Below are positions 27,337 to 40,700 of a DNA stretch of 64,000 nt, piece by piece. Position numbers and translations under genes: made by a program. The notes under the pieces were generated by a model, which saw only the letters and a program-made list of their open reading frames with translations, did no database searches and was not told where the DNA came from. The stretch's first letter is position 1; each line of letters begins with the position of its first letter. This DNA is from Eledone cirrhosa. Lineage: Eukaryota. The stretch lies in the NCBI GenBank assembly GCA_964016885.1, contig OZ024741.1:405728001-405792000 (forward strand), read 5' to 3'.

Positions 27337-30300
27337 CTGGTCTATTTCAGGTTATTCAGATTAGAAGAATTGTAGACTAGCTGAAAGTATTTAGGTTCAT
27401 ACTGCCTGGTCTATTTCAGGTTATTGAGCTTAGGGAGAATTGTAGACTAGCTGAAAGTATTTAGGTTCATACTGCCTGGTCTATTTCAGGTTATTGAGTT
27501 TAGGGAGAATTGTAGACTAGCTGAAAATATTTAGGTTCATACTGCCTGGTTAATTTCAGGTTATTGAGATTAGGAAGAATTGTAGACTAGCTGAAAGTAT
27601 TTAGGTTCATACTGCCTGGTCTATTTCAGGTTATTGAGATTAGGGAGAATTGTAGACTAGCTGGAAGTATTTAGGTTCATACTGCCTGGTCTATTTCAGG
27701 TTATTTAGATTAGGGAGAATTGTAGACTAGCTGAAAGTATTTAGGTTCAAACTGCCTGGTTTATTTCAGGTTATTGAGATTAGAAGAATTGTAGACTAGC
27801 TCAAAGTATTTAGGTTCATACTGCCTGGTTTATTTCAGGTTATTGAGATTGGAAGAATTGTAGACAAGCTGAAAGCATTTATGTTCATACAGCCTGGTTT
27901 ATTTCAGGTTATTGAGATTAGAGAGAATTGTAGACTAGCTGAAAGTATTTAGGTTCATACTGCCTGGTTTATTTCAGGTTATTGAGATTATAAGAATTGT
28001 AGACTAGAAGAAAGTATTTCGGTTACTACTGCCTGGTGTATTTCAGGTTATTGAGATTTGAAGAATTGTAGACTAGCTGAATGTATTTAAGTTCATACTG
28101 CCTGGTTTATTTCAGCTTATTGAGATTAGGGAGAATTGTAGGCTAGCTGAAAGTATTTAGGTTCATACTGCCTGGTTTATTTCAGGTTATTGAGATTATA
28201 AGAATTGTAGACTAGCTGAAAGTATTTAGGTTCATACTGCCTGGTTTATTTCAGGTTATTGAGATTCGGAGAATTGTAGACTAGCTGACAGTATTTAGGT
28301 TCATACTGCCTGGTCTATTTCAGGTTATTGAGACTGGGAGAATTGTTGACTAGCTGAAAGTGTTTAGGTTCATACTGCCTGGTCTATTTCAGGTTATTGA
28401 GACTGGGAGAATTGTAGACTAGCTGAAAGTATTTAGGTTCATACTGCCTGGTTTATTTCAGGTTATTGAGATTCGGAGAATTGTAGACTAGCTGAAAGTA
28501 TTTAGGTTCATACTGCCTGGTCTATATCAGGTTATTGAGATTATAAGAATTGTAGACTACCTGAAAGTATTTAGGTTCATACTGCCTGGTAATTTCAGGT
28601 TATTGAGATTAGGGAGAATTGTAGACTAGCTGACAGTATTTAGGTTCATACTGCCTGGTCTATTTCATGTTATTGAGATTCGGAGAATTGTAGACTAGCT
28701 GAAAGCATTTATGTTCATACAGCCTGGTTTATTTCAGGTTATTGAGATTAGAGAGAATTGTAGACTAGCTGAAAGTATTTAGGTTCATACTGCCTGGTTT
28801 ATTTCAGGTTATTGAGATTATAAGAATTGTAGACTAGAAGAAAGTATTTCGGTTCATACTGCCTGGTGTATTTCAGGTTATTGAGATTAGGGAGAATTGT
28901 AGACTAGCTGAATGTATTTAAGTTCATACTGCCTGGTTTATTTCAGCTTATTGAGATTAGGGAGAATTGTAGGCTAGCTGAAAGTATTTAGGTTCATACT
29001 GCCTGGTTTATTTCAGGTTATTGAGATTATAAGAATTGTAGACTAGCTGAAAGTATTTAGGTTCATACTGCCTGGTTTATTTCAGGTTATTGAGATTCGG
29101 AGAATTGTAGACTAGCTGACAGTATTTAGGTTCATACTGCCTGGTCTATTTCAGGTTATTGAGATTATAAGAATTGTAGACTAGAAGAAAGTATTTCGGT
29201 TCATACTGCCTGGTGTATTTCAGGTTATTGAGATTATAAGAATTATAGACTACCTGAAAGTATTTAGGTTCATACTGCCTGGTAATTTCAGGTTATTGAG
29301 ATTAGGGAGAATTGTAGACTAGCTGACAGTATTTAGGTTCATACTGCCTGGTCTATTTCAGGTTATTGAGATTCGGAGAATTGTAGACTAGCTGAAAGCA
29401 TTTATGTTCATACAGCCTGGTTTATTTCAGGTTATTGAGATTAGAGAGAATTGTAGACTAGCTGAAAGTATTTAGGTTCATACTGCCTGGTTTATTTCAG
29501 GTTATTGAGATTATAAGAATTGTAGACTAGAAGAAAGTATTTCGGTTCATACTGCCTGGTGTATTTCAGGTTATTGAGATTAGGGAGAATTGTAGACTAG
29601 CTGAATGTATTTAAGTTCATACTGCCTGGTTTATTTCAGGTTATTGAGATTAGGGAGAATTGTAGGCTAGCTGAAAGTATTTAGGTTCATACTGCCTGGT
29701 TTATTTCAGGTTATTGAGATTGGTAGAATTGTAGACTAGTTGAAAGTATATAGGTTCATACTGCCTGGTTTATTTCAGGTTATTGAGACTGGGAGAAGTG
29801 TAGACTAGCTGAAAGTATATAGGTTCATACTGCCTGGTTTATTTCAGGTTATTGAAATTGGGAAAATTGTAGACTAGCTGAAAGTGTTTAAGTTCATACT
29901 TCCTGGTTTATTTCAGTTATTGAGATTGGAAAAATTGTAGACTAGCTGAAAGTATTTAGGTTCAAACTGCCTGGTTCATTTCAGGTTATTGAGATTAGGG
30001 AGAATTGTAGACTAGTTGAAAGTATTTAGTTTCATACTGCCTGGTTCATTTCAGGTTATTGAGATTAGAGAGAATTGTAGACTAGCTGCACGTATTTAGG
30101 TTCATACTGCCAGGTCTATTTCAGGTTATTGAGATTAGGGAGAATTGTAGACTAGCTGAACGTATTTAGGTTCATACTGCCCAGTCTATTTCAGGTTATT
30201 GAGATTAGGAAGAATTGTAGACTAGCTGAAAGTATTTAGGTTCATACTGCCTGGTTTATTTCAGGTTATTGAGATTAGGAAGAATTGTAGACTAGCTGAA

Positions 30301-31777
30301 AATATTTAGGTTCATACTACCTGGTTTATTTCAGGTTATTGAGATTAGGAAGAATTGTAGACTAGCTGAAAGTATATAGGTTCATACTGCCTGGTTTATT
30401 TCAGGTCATTGAGATTGGGAGAATTGTAGACTAGCTGAAAGTTTTTAGGTTCAAACTGCCTGGTTTATTTCAGGTTATTGAGATTGGGAGAATTGTAGAC
30501 TAGCTGAAAGTATTTAGGTTCATACTGCCTGGTTTATTTTATGTTATTGAGACTGGGAGAATTGTAGACTAGCTGAAAGTATTTAGGTTCATACTGCCTG
30601 GTCCATTTCAGGTTATTGAGATTGGAAGAATTGTAGACTAGCTGAAAGTATATAAGTTCATACTGCCTGGTTTATTTCAGGTTATTGAGATTGGAAGAAT
30701 TGTAGACTAGCTGAAAGTATTAAGGTTCATACTGCGTGGTTTATTTCAGGTTATTGAGACTGGGAGAAGTGTAGACTAGCTGAAAGTATATAGGTTCATA
30801 CTGCTTGGTTTATTTCAGGTTATTGAGATTGGGAGAATTGTAGACTAGCTGAAAGTATTTAGGTTCATACTACCTGGTTTATTTCAGGTTATTGAGATTG
30901 GAAGAATTGTAGACTAGCTGAAAGTGTTTAAGTTCATACTGCCTGGTTTATTTCAGGTTATAGAGATTAGGGAGAATTGTAGACTAGCTGAAAGTATTTA
31001 GGTTCATACTGCCTGGTACATTTCAGGTTATTGAGATTGGAAGAATTGTAGACTAGCTGAAAGTGTTTAAGTTCATACTGCCTGGTTTATTTAAGGTTAT
31101 AGAGATTAGGAAGAATTGTAGACTAGCTGAAAGTATTTAGGTTCATACTGCCGGGTTTATTTCAGGTTATTGAAATTAGGGTGAATTGTAGACAAGCTGA
31201 AAGTATTTAGGTACATACTGTCTGGATTATTTCAGGTTATTGAGATTTGAAGAATTGTAGACTAGCTGAAAGTATATAGGTTCATACTGCCTGGTTTATT
31301 TCAGGTTATTGAGACTGGGAGAAGTGTAGACTAGCTGAAAGTATATAGGTTCATACTGCCTGGTCTATTTCAGGTTATTGAGATTAGGGAGAATTGTAGA
31401 CTAGCTGAAAGTATTTAGGTTCATACTGCCTGGTCTATTTCAGGTTATTGAGACTGTGAGAAGTGTAGACTAACTGAAAGTATATAGGTTCATACTGCTT
31501 GGTTTATTTCAGGTTATTGAGATTGGGAGAATTGTAGACGAGCCGAAAGTATTTAGGTTCATACTGCCTGGTTTATTTCAGGTTATTGAGATTAGGGAGA
31601 ATTGTAGACGAGCGGAAAGTATTTAGGTTCATACTTCCTGGTCTATTTCAGGTTATTGAGATTAGGGAGAACTGTAGACTAGCTGAAAATATTTAGTTTC
31701 ATACTGCCTGGTCTATTTCAGTTTATTGAGATTAGGGAGAATTGTAGACTAGCTGAAAGTATTTAGGTTCATACTGG
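27337..31777. repeat. Large block, copy 2, with a 6,588-bp internal deletion (4,441 bp remain)
   Basis: Matches copy 1 at offset 11029 up to about 29721, then matches copy 1 at offset 4441 (GGTAGAATTGTAGACTAGTT at 25281/29722). Confidence 0.92.
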
Positions 31778-34700
31778 CTGGTCTATTTCAGGTTATTCAG
31801 ATTAGAAGAATTGTAGACTAGCTGAAAGTATTTAGGTTCATACTGCCTGGTCTATTTCAGGTTATTGAGCTTAGGGAGAATTGTAGACTAGCTGAAAGTA
31901 TTTAGGTTCATACTGCCTGGTCTATTTCAGGTTATTGAGTTTAGGGAGAATTGTAGACTAGCTGAAAATATTTAGGTTCATACTGCCTGGTTAATTTCAG
32001 GTTATTGAGATTAGGAAGAATTGTAGACTAGCTGAAAGTATTTAGGTTCATACTGCCTGGTCTATTTCAGGTTATTGAGATTAGGGAGAATTGTAGACTA
32101 GCTGGAAGTATTTAGGTTCATACTGCCTGGTCTATTTCAGGTTATTTAGATTAGGGAGAATTGTAGACTAGCTGAAAGTATTTAGGTTCAAACTGCCTGG
32201 TTTATTTCAGGTTATTGAGATTAGAAGAATTGTAGACTAGCTCAAAGTATTTAGGTTCATACTGCCTGGTTTATTTCAGGTTATTGAGATTGGAAGAATT
32301 GTAGACAAGCTGAAAGCATTTATGTTCATACAGCCTGGTTTATTTCAGGTTATTGAGATTAGAGAGAATTGTAGACTAGCTGAAAGTATTTAGGTTCATA
32401 CTGCCTGGTTTATTTCAGGTTATTGAGATTATAAGAATTGTAGACTAGAAGAAAGTATTTCGGTTACTACTGCCTGGTGTATTTCAGGTTATTGAGATTT
32501 GAAGAATTGTAGACTAGCTGAATGTATTTAAGTTCATACTGCCTGGTTTATTTCAGCTTATTGAGATTAGGGAGAATTGTAGGCTAGCTGAAAGTATTTA
32601 GGTTCATACTGCCTGGTTTATTTCAGGTTATTGAGATTATAAGAATTGTAGACTAGCTGAAAGTATTTAGGTTCATACTGCCTGGTTTATTTCAGGTTAT
32701 TGAGATTCGGAGAATTGTAGACTAGCTGACAGTATTTAGGTTCATACTGCCTGGTCTATTTCAGGTTATTGAGACTGGGAGAATTGTTGACTAGCTGAAA
32801 GTGTTTAGGTTCATACTGCCTGGTCTATTTCAGGTTATTGAGACTGGGAGAATTGTAGACTAGCTGAAAGTATTTAGGTTCATACTGCCTGGTTTATTTC
32901 AGGTTATTGAGATTCGGAGAATTGTAGACTAGCTGAAAGTATTTAGGTTCATACTGCCTGGTCTATATCAGGTTATTGAGATTATAAGAATTGTAGACTA
33001 CCTGAAAGTATTTAGGTTCATACTGCCTGGTAATTTCAGGTTATTGAGATTAGGGAGAATTGTAGACTAGCTGACAGTATTTAGGTTCATACTGCCTGGT
33101 CTATTTCATGTTATTGAGATTCGGAGAATTGTAGACTAGCTGAAAGCATTTATGTTCATACAGCCTGGTTTATTTCAGGTTATTGAGATTAGAGAGAATT
33201 GTAGACTAGCTGAAAGTATTTAGGTTCATACTGCCTGGTTTATTTCAGGTTATTGAGATTATAAGAATTGTAGACTAGAAGAAAGTATTTCGGTTCATAC
33301 TGCCTGGTGTATTTCAGGTTATTGAGATTAGGGAGAATTGTAGACTAGCTGAATGTATTTAAGTTCATACTGCCTGGTTTATTTCAGCTTATTGAGATTA
33401 GGGAGAATTGTAGGCTAGCTGAAAGTATTTAGGTTCATACTGCCTGGTTTATTTCAGGTTATTGAGATTATAAGAATTGTAGACTAGCTGAAAGTATTTA
33501 GGTTCATACTGCCTGGTTTATTTCAGGTTATTGAGATTCGGAGAATTGTAGACTAGCTGACAGTATTTAGGTTCATACTGCCTGGTCTATTTCAGGTTAT
33601 TGAGATTATAAGAATTGTAGACTAGAAGAAAGTATTTCGGTTCATACTGCCTGGTGTATTTCAGGTTATTGAGATTATAAGAATTATAGACTACCTGAAA
33701 GTATTTAGGTTCATACTGCCTGGTAATTTCAGGTTATTGAGATTAGGGAGAATTGTAGACTAGCTGACAGTATTTAGGTTCATACTGCCTGGTCTATTTC
33801 AGGTTATTGAGATTCGGAGAATTGTAGACTAGCTGAAAGCATTTATGTTCATACAGCCTGGTTTATTTCAGGTTATTGAGATTAGAGAGAATTGTAGACT
33901 AGCTGAAAGTATTTAGGTTCATACTGCCTGGTTTATTTCAGGTTATTGAGATTATAAGAATTGTAGACTAGAAGAAAGTATTTCGGTTCATACTGCCTGG
34001 TGTATTTCAGGTTATTGAGATTAGGGAGAATTGTAGACTAGCTGAATGTATTTAAGTTCATACTGCCTGGTTTATTTCAGGTTATTGAGATTAGGGAGAA
34101 TTGTAGGCTAGCTGAAAGTATTTAGGTTCATACTGCCTGGTTTATTTCAGGTTATTGAGATTATAAGAATTGTAGACTAGCTGAAAGTATTTAGGTTCAT
34201 ACTGCCTGGTTTATTTCAGGTTATTGAGATTCGGAGAATTGTAGACTAGCTGACAGTATTTAGGTTCATACTGCCTGGTCTATTTCAGGTTATTGAGACT
34301 GGGAGAATTGTTGACTAGCTGAAAGTATTTAGGTTCATACTGCCTGGTCTATTTCAGGTTATTGAGATTATAAGAATTGTAGACTACCTGAAAGTATTTA
34401 GGTTCATACTGCCTGGTAATTTCAGGTTATTGAGATTAGGGAGAATTGTAGACTAGCTGACAGTATTTAGGTTCATACTGCCTGGTCTATTTCAGGTTAT
34501 TGAGATTCGGAGAATTGTAGACTAGCTGACAGTATTTAGGCTCATACTGCCTGGTTTATTTCAGGTTATTGAGATTAGGGAGAATTGTAGACTAGCTGAA
34601 AGTATTTAGGTTCATACTGCCTGGTCTATTTCAGGTTATTGAGATTAGGAAGAATTGTAGACTAGCTGAAAGTATTTAGGTTCATACTGCCTGGTCTATT

Positions 34701-37700
34701 TCAGGTTATTGAGATTAGGAAGAATTGTAGACTAGCTGAAAGTATTTAGGTTCATACTGCCTGGTCTATTTCAGGTTATTGATATTAGGGAGAATTGTAG
34801 ACTAGCTGAAAGTATTTAGGTTCATACTGCCTGGTTTATTTCAGGTTATTGAGATTGGAAGAATTGTAGACAAGATGAAAATATTTAGGTTCAAACTGCT
34901 TGGTCTATTTCAGTTTCTTGAGATTGCAAGAATTGTAGACTAGCTGAAAGCATTTAGGTTCATACTGCCTGGTTTATTTCAGGTTATTGAGATTAGAGAG
35001 AATTGTAGACAAGCTGAAAGTATTTAGGTTCATACTGCCTGGTATATTTCAGGTTATTGAGATTGGAAGAATTGTAGACTAGCTGAAAGTATTTAGGTTC
35101 ATACTGCCTGGTCTATTTCAGGTTATTGAGATTCGGAGAATTGTAGACGAGCTGAAAGTATTTAGGTTCATACTGCCTGGTATATTTGAGGTTATTGAGA
35201 TTGGAAGAATTGTAGACGAGCTGAAAGTATTTAGGTTCATACTGCCTGGTTTATTTCAGGTTATTGAGATTTGAAGAATTGTAGACGAGCTGAAAGTATT
35301 TAAGTTCAAACTGCCTGATTTATTTCAGGTTATTTAGATTTGAAGAATTGTAGACTAGCTGAAAGTATTTAAGTTCATACTGACTGGTTTATTTCAGGTT
35401 ATTGAGATTAGGGAGAATTGTAGGCTAGCTGAAAGTATTTAGGTTCATACTGCCTGGTTTATTTCAGGTTATTGAGACGGGGAGAATTGTAGACTAGCTG
35501 AAAGTATTTAGGTTCATACTGCCTGGTCTATTTCAGGTTATTGAGACTGGGAGAATTGTAGACTAGCTGAAAGTATTTAGGTTCATACTGCCTGGTTTAT
35601 TTCAGGTTATTGAGATTCGGAGAATTGTAGACTAGCTGCACGTATTTAGGTTCATACTGCCTGGTCTATTTCAGGTTATTGAGATTATAAGAATCGTAGA
35701 CTAGCTGAAAGTATTTAGGTTCATACTGCCTGGTCTATTTCAGGTTATTGAGACTGGGAGAATTGTAGACTAGCTGAAAGTATTTAGGTTCATACTGCCT
35801 GGTCTATTTCAGGTTATTGAGATTATAAGAATTGTAGACTAGCTGAAAGTATTTAGGTTCATACTGCCTGGTTTATTTCAGGTTATTGAGATTCGGAGAA
35901 TTGTAGACTACCTGAAAGTATTTAGGTTCATACTGCCTGGTTTATTTCAGGTTATTGAGATTAGGGAGAATTGTAGACTAGCTGAAAATATTTAGATTCA
36001 TACTGCCTGGTCTATTTCAGGTTATTGAGATTAGGGAGAATTGTAGACTACCTGAAAGTATTTAGGTTCATTCTGCCTGGTCTATTTCAGGTTATTGAGA
36101 TTAGGGAGAATTGTAGACTAGCTGAAAGTATTTAGGTTCATTCTGCCTGGTCTATTTCAGGTTATTGAGATTAGGGAGAATTGTAGACTAGCTGAAAGTA
36201 TTTAGGTTGATACTGCCTGGTTTATTTCAGGTTATTGAGATTAGGGAGAATAGAAGACTAGCTGAAAGTATTTAGGTTCAAACTGCCTGGTTTATTTCAG
36301 GTTATTGAGACTGGGAGAATTGTAGACTAGCTGAAAGTATTTAGGTTCATACTGCCTGGTTTATTTCATGTTATTGAGATTGGGAGAATCGTAGACTAGC
36401 TGAACATATTTAGGTTCATACTGCCTGGTTTATTTCAGGTTATTGAGATTAGGGAGAAGTGTAGACTAGCTGAAGGTATTTAAGTTCATACTGCCTGATC
36501 TATTTCAAGTTATGGAGATTGGAATAATTGTAGACTAACTGAAATTATTTAGGTTCATACGGCCTGGTTTATTTCAGGTTATTGAGATTAGGGAGAATTG
36601 TAGCCAAGCTGAAATTATTTAGGTTCATACTGCCTGGTTTATTTCAGTTTATTGAGACTGGGAGAATTGTAGACTAGCTGAAAGTATTTAGGTTCATACT
36701 GCCTGGTTTATTTCAGGTTATTGAGACTGGGAGAATTGTAGACTAGCTGAAAGTATTTAGGTTCATACTGCCTGGTTTATTTCATGTTATTGAGATTGGG
36801 AGAATCGTAGACTAGCTGAACATATTTAGGTTCATACTGCCTGGTTATTTCAGGTTATTGAGATTAGGGAGAATTGTAGACTAGCTGAAAGTTTATAGGT
36901 TCATACTGCCTGGTTTATTTCAGGTTATTGAAATTGGGAGAATTGTAGACTAGCTGAAAGTATTTAGGTTCATACTGCCTGGTTTATTTCAGGTTATTGA
37001 GACTGGGAGAATTGTAGACTAGCTGAAAGTATATAGGTTCATACTGCCTGGTTTATTTCAGGTTATTGAAATTGGGAGAATTGTAGACTAGCTGAAGGTA
37101 TTTAGGTTCATACTGCCTGGTTTATTTCAGGTTATTGAGACTGGGAGAATTGTAGACTAGCTGAAAGTATATAGGTTCATACTGCCTGGTTTATTTCAGG
37201 TTGTTGAAATTGGGAGAATTGTAGACTAGCTGAAAGTATTTAGGTTCATACTGCCTGGTTTATTTCAGGTTATTGAGATTGGGAGAATTGTAGACTAGCT
37301 GAAAGTATTTAGGTTCATACTGCCTGGTCCATTTCAGGTTATTGAGATTGGAAGAATTGTAGACTAGCTGAACATATTTAGGTTCATACTGCCAGGTCTA
37401 TTTCAGGTTATTGAGATTGGAAGAATTGTAGACTAGCTGAAAGTATTTAGGTTCATACTGCCTGGTTTATTTCAGGTTATTGAGATTAGGTAGAATTGTA
37501 GACTAGCTGAAAATATTTAGATTCATACTGCCTGGTCTATTTCAGGTTATTGAGATTAGGGAGAATTGTAGACTACCTGAAAGTATTTAGGTTCATTCTG
37601 CCTGGTCTATTTCAGGTTATTGAGATTAGGGAGAATTGTAGACTAGCTGAAAGTATTTAGGTTGATACTGCCTGGTTTATTTCAGGTTATTGAGATTGGG

Positions 37701-40700
37701 AGAAACGTAGACTAGCTGAAAGTTTTTAGGTTCATACTGCCTGGTTTATTTCAGGTTATTGAGATTAGGGAGAATAGAAGACTAGCTGAAAGTATTTAGG
37801 TTCAAACTGCCTGGTTTATTTCAGGTTATTGAGACTGGGAGAAGTGTAGACTAGCTGAAAGTATATAGGTTCATACTGCCTGGTCTATTTCAGGTTATTG
37901 GGATTAGGGAGAAGTGTAGACTAGCTGGAAGTATTTCGGTTCATACTGCCTGGTTTATTTCAGGTTATTGAGATTAGGGAGAATTGTAGACTAGCTGAAA
38001 GTATTTAGGTTCATACTGCCTGGTTTATTTCAGGTTATTGAGACTGGGAGAATTGTAGACTAGCTGAAAGTATATAGGTTCATACTGCCTGGTTTATTTC
38101 AGGTTATTGAAATTGGGAGAATTGTAGACTAGCTGAAGGTATTTAGGTTCATACTGCCTGGTTTATTTCAGGTTATTGAGACTGGGAGAATTGTAGACTA
38201 GCTGAAAGTATATAGGTTCATACTGCCTGGTTTATTTCAGGTTGTTGAAATTGGGAGAATTGTAGACTAGCTGAAAGTATTTAGGTTCATACTGCCTGGT
38301 TTATTTCAGGTTATTGAGATTGGGAGAATTGTAGACTAGCTGAAAGTATTTAGGTTCATACTGCCTGGTCCATTTCAGGTTATTGAGATTGGAAGAATTG
38401 TAGACTAGCTGAACATATTTAGGTTCATACTGCCAGGTCTATTTCAGGTTATTGAGATTGGAAGAATTGTAGACTAGCTGAAAGTATTTAGGTTCATACT
38501 GCCTGGTTTATTTCAGGTTATTGAGATTAGGTAGAATTGTAGACTAGCTGAAAATATTTAGATTCATACTGCCTGGTCTATTTCAGGTTATTGAGATTAG
38601 GGAGAATTGTAGACTACCTGAAAGTATTTAGGTTCATTCTGCCTGGTCTATTTCAGGTTATTGAGATTAGGGAGAATTGTAGACTAGCTGAAAGTATTTA
38701 GGTTGATACTGCCTGGTTTATTTCAGGTTATTGAGATTGGGAGAAACGTAGACTAGCTGAAAGTTTTTAGGTTCATACTGCCTGGTTTATTTCAGGTTAT
38801 TGAGACTGGGAGAAGTGTAGACTAGCTGAAAGTATATAGGTTCATACTGCCTGGTTTATTTCAGGTTATTGAGATTGGAATAATTGTAGACGAGCTGAAA
38901 GTATTTAGGTTCATACTGCCTGGTCCATTTCAGGTTATTGAGATTGGAAGAATTGTAGACTAGCTGAACATATTTAGGTTCATACTGCCTGGTCTATTTC
39001 AGGTTATTGAGATTAGGGAGAAGTGTAGACGAGCTAAAAATATTTAAGTTCATACTGCCTGGTCTATTTCAAGTTATGGAGATTGGAAGAATTGTAGACT
39101 AACTGAAAGTATTTAGGTTCATACTGCCTGGTTTATTTCAGGTTATTGGGATTAGGGAGAATTGTAGACAAGCTGAAATTATTTAGGTTCATAGTGCCTG
39201 GTTTATTTCAGGTTATTGTGATAGGAGAATTGTAGACTAGCTGAAAGTATTTAGGTTCATACTGCCTGGTTTATTTTATGTTATTGAGACTGGGAGAATT
39301 GTAGACAAGCTGAAAGTATTTAGGTTCATACTGCCTGGTCCATTTCAGGTTATTGAGATTGGAAGAATTGTAGACTAGCTGAAAGTATATAAGTTCATAC
39401 TGCCTGGTTTATTTCAGGTTATTGAGATTGGAAGAATTGTAGACTAGCTGAAAGTATTTAGGTTCATACTGCGTGGTTTATTTCAGGTTATTGCGATTGG
39501 GAGAAGTGTAGACTAGCTGAAAGTATATAGGTTCATACTGCTTGGTTTATTTCAGGTTATTGAGATTGGGAGAATTGTAGACTAGCTGAAAGTATTTAGG
39601 TTCATACTACCTGGTTTATTTCAGGTTATTGAGATTGGAAGAATTGTAGACTAGCTGAAAGTGTTTAAGTTCATACTGCCTGGTTTATTTCAGGTTATAG
39701 AGATTAGGAACAATTGTAGACTAGCTGAAAGTATTTAGGTTCATACTGCCTGGTTTACTTCAGGTTATTGCGATTAGGGAGAATTGTAGACTAGCTGAAA
39801 GTATTTAGGTTCATACTGCCGGGTTTATTTCAGGTTATTGAAATTAGGGTGAATTGTAGACAAGCTGAAGGTATTTAGGTACATACTGTCTGGATTATTT
39901 CATGTTATTGAGATTTGAAGAATTGTAGACTAGGTGAAAGTATATAGGTTCATACTGCCTGGTTTATTTCAGGTTATTGAGACTGGGAGAAGTGTAGACT
40001 AGCTGAAAGTATATAGGTTCATACTGCCTGGTCTATTTCAGGTTATTGAGATTAGGGAGAATTGTAGACTAGCTGAAAGTATTTAGGTTCATACTGCCTG
40101 GTCTATTTCAGGTTATTGAGACTGTGAGAAGTGTAGACTAACTGAAAGTATATAGGTTCATACTGCTTGGTTTATTTCAGGTTATTGAGATTGGGAGAAT
40201 TGTAGACGAGCGGAAAGTATTTAGGTTCATACTGCCTGGGTAATTTCAGGTTATTGAGATTAGGGAGAATTGTAGACTAGCTGAAAGTATTTAGGTTCAT
40301 ACTGCCTGGTTTATTTCAGGTTATTGAGATTAGGGAGAATTGTAGACGAGCGGAAAGTATTTAGGTTCATACTGCCTGGTTTATTTCAGGTTATTGAGAT
40401 TTGAAGAATTGTAGACTAGCTGAAAGTATTTAGGTTCATACTGCCTGGTCTATTTCAGGTTATTGAGATTAGGGAGAACTGTAGACTAGCTGAAAATATT
40501 TAGTTTCATACTGCCTGGTCTATTTCAGGTTATTGAGATGAGGGAGAATTGTAGACTAGCTGAAATTATTTAGGTTCATACTTCCTGGTCTATTTCAGTT
40601 TATTGAGATTAGGGCGAACTGTAGACTAGCTGAAAGTATTTAGGTTCATACTGCCTGGTCAATTTCAGGTTATTGAGATTAGGGAGAATTGTAGACTAGC

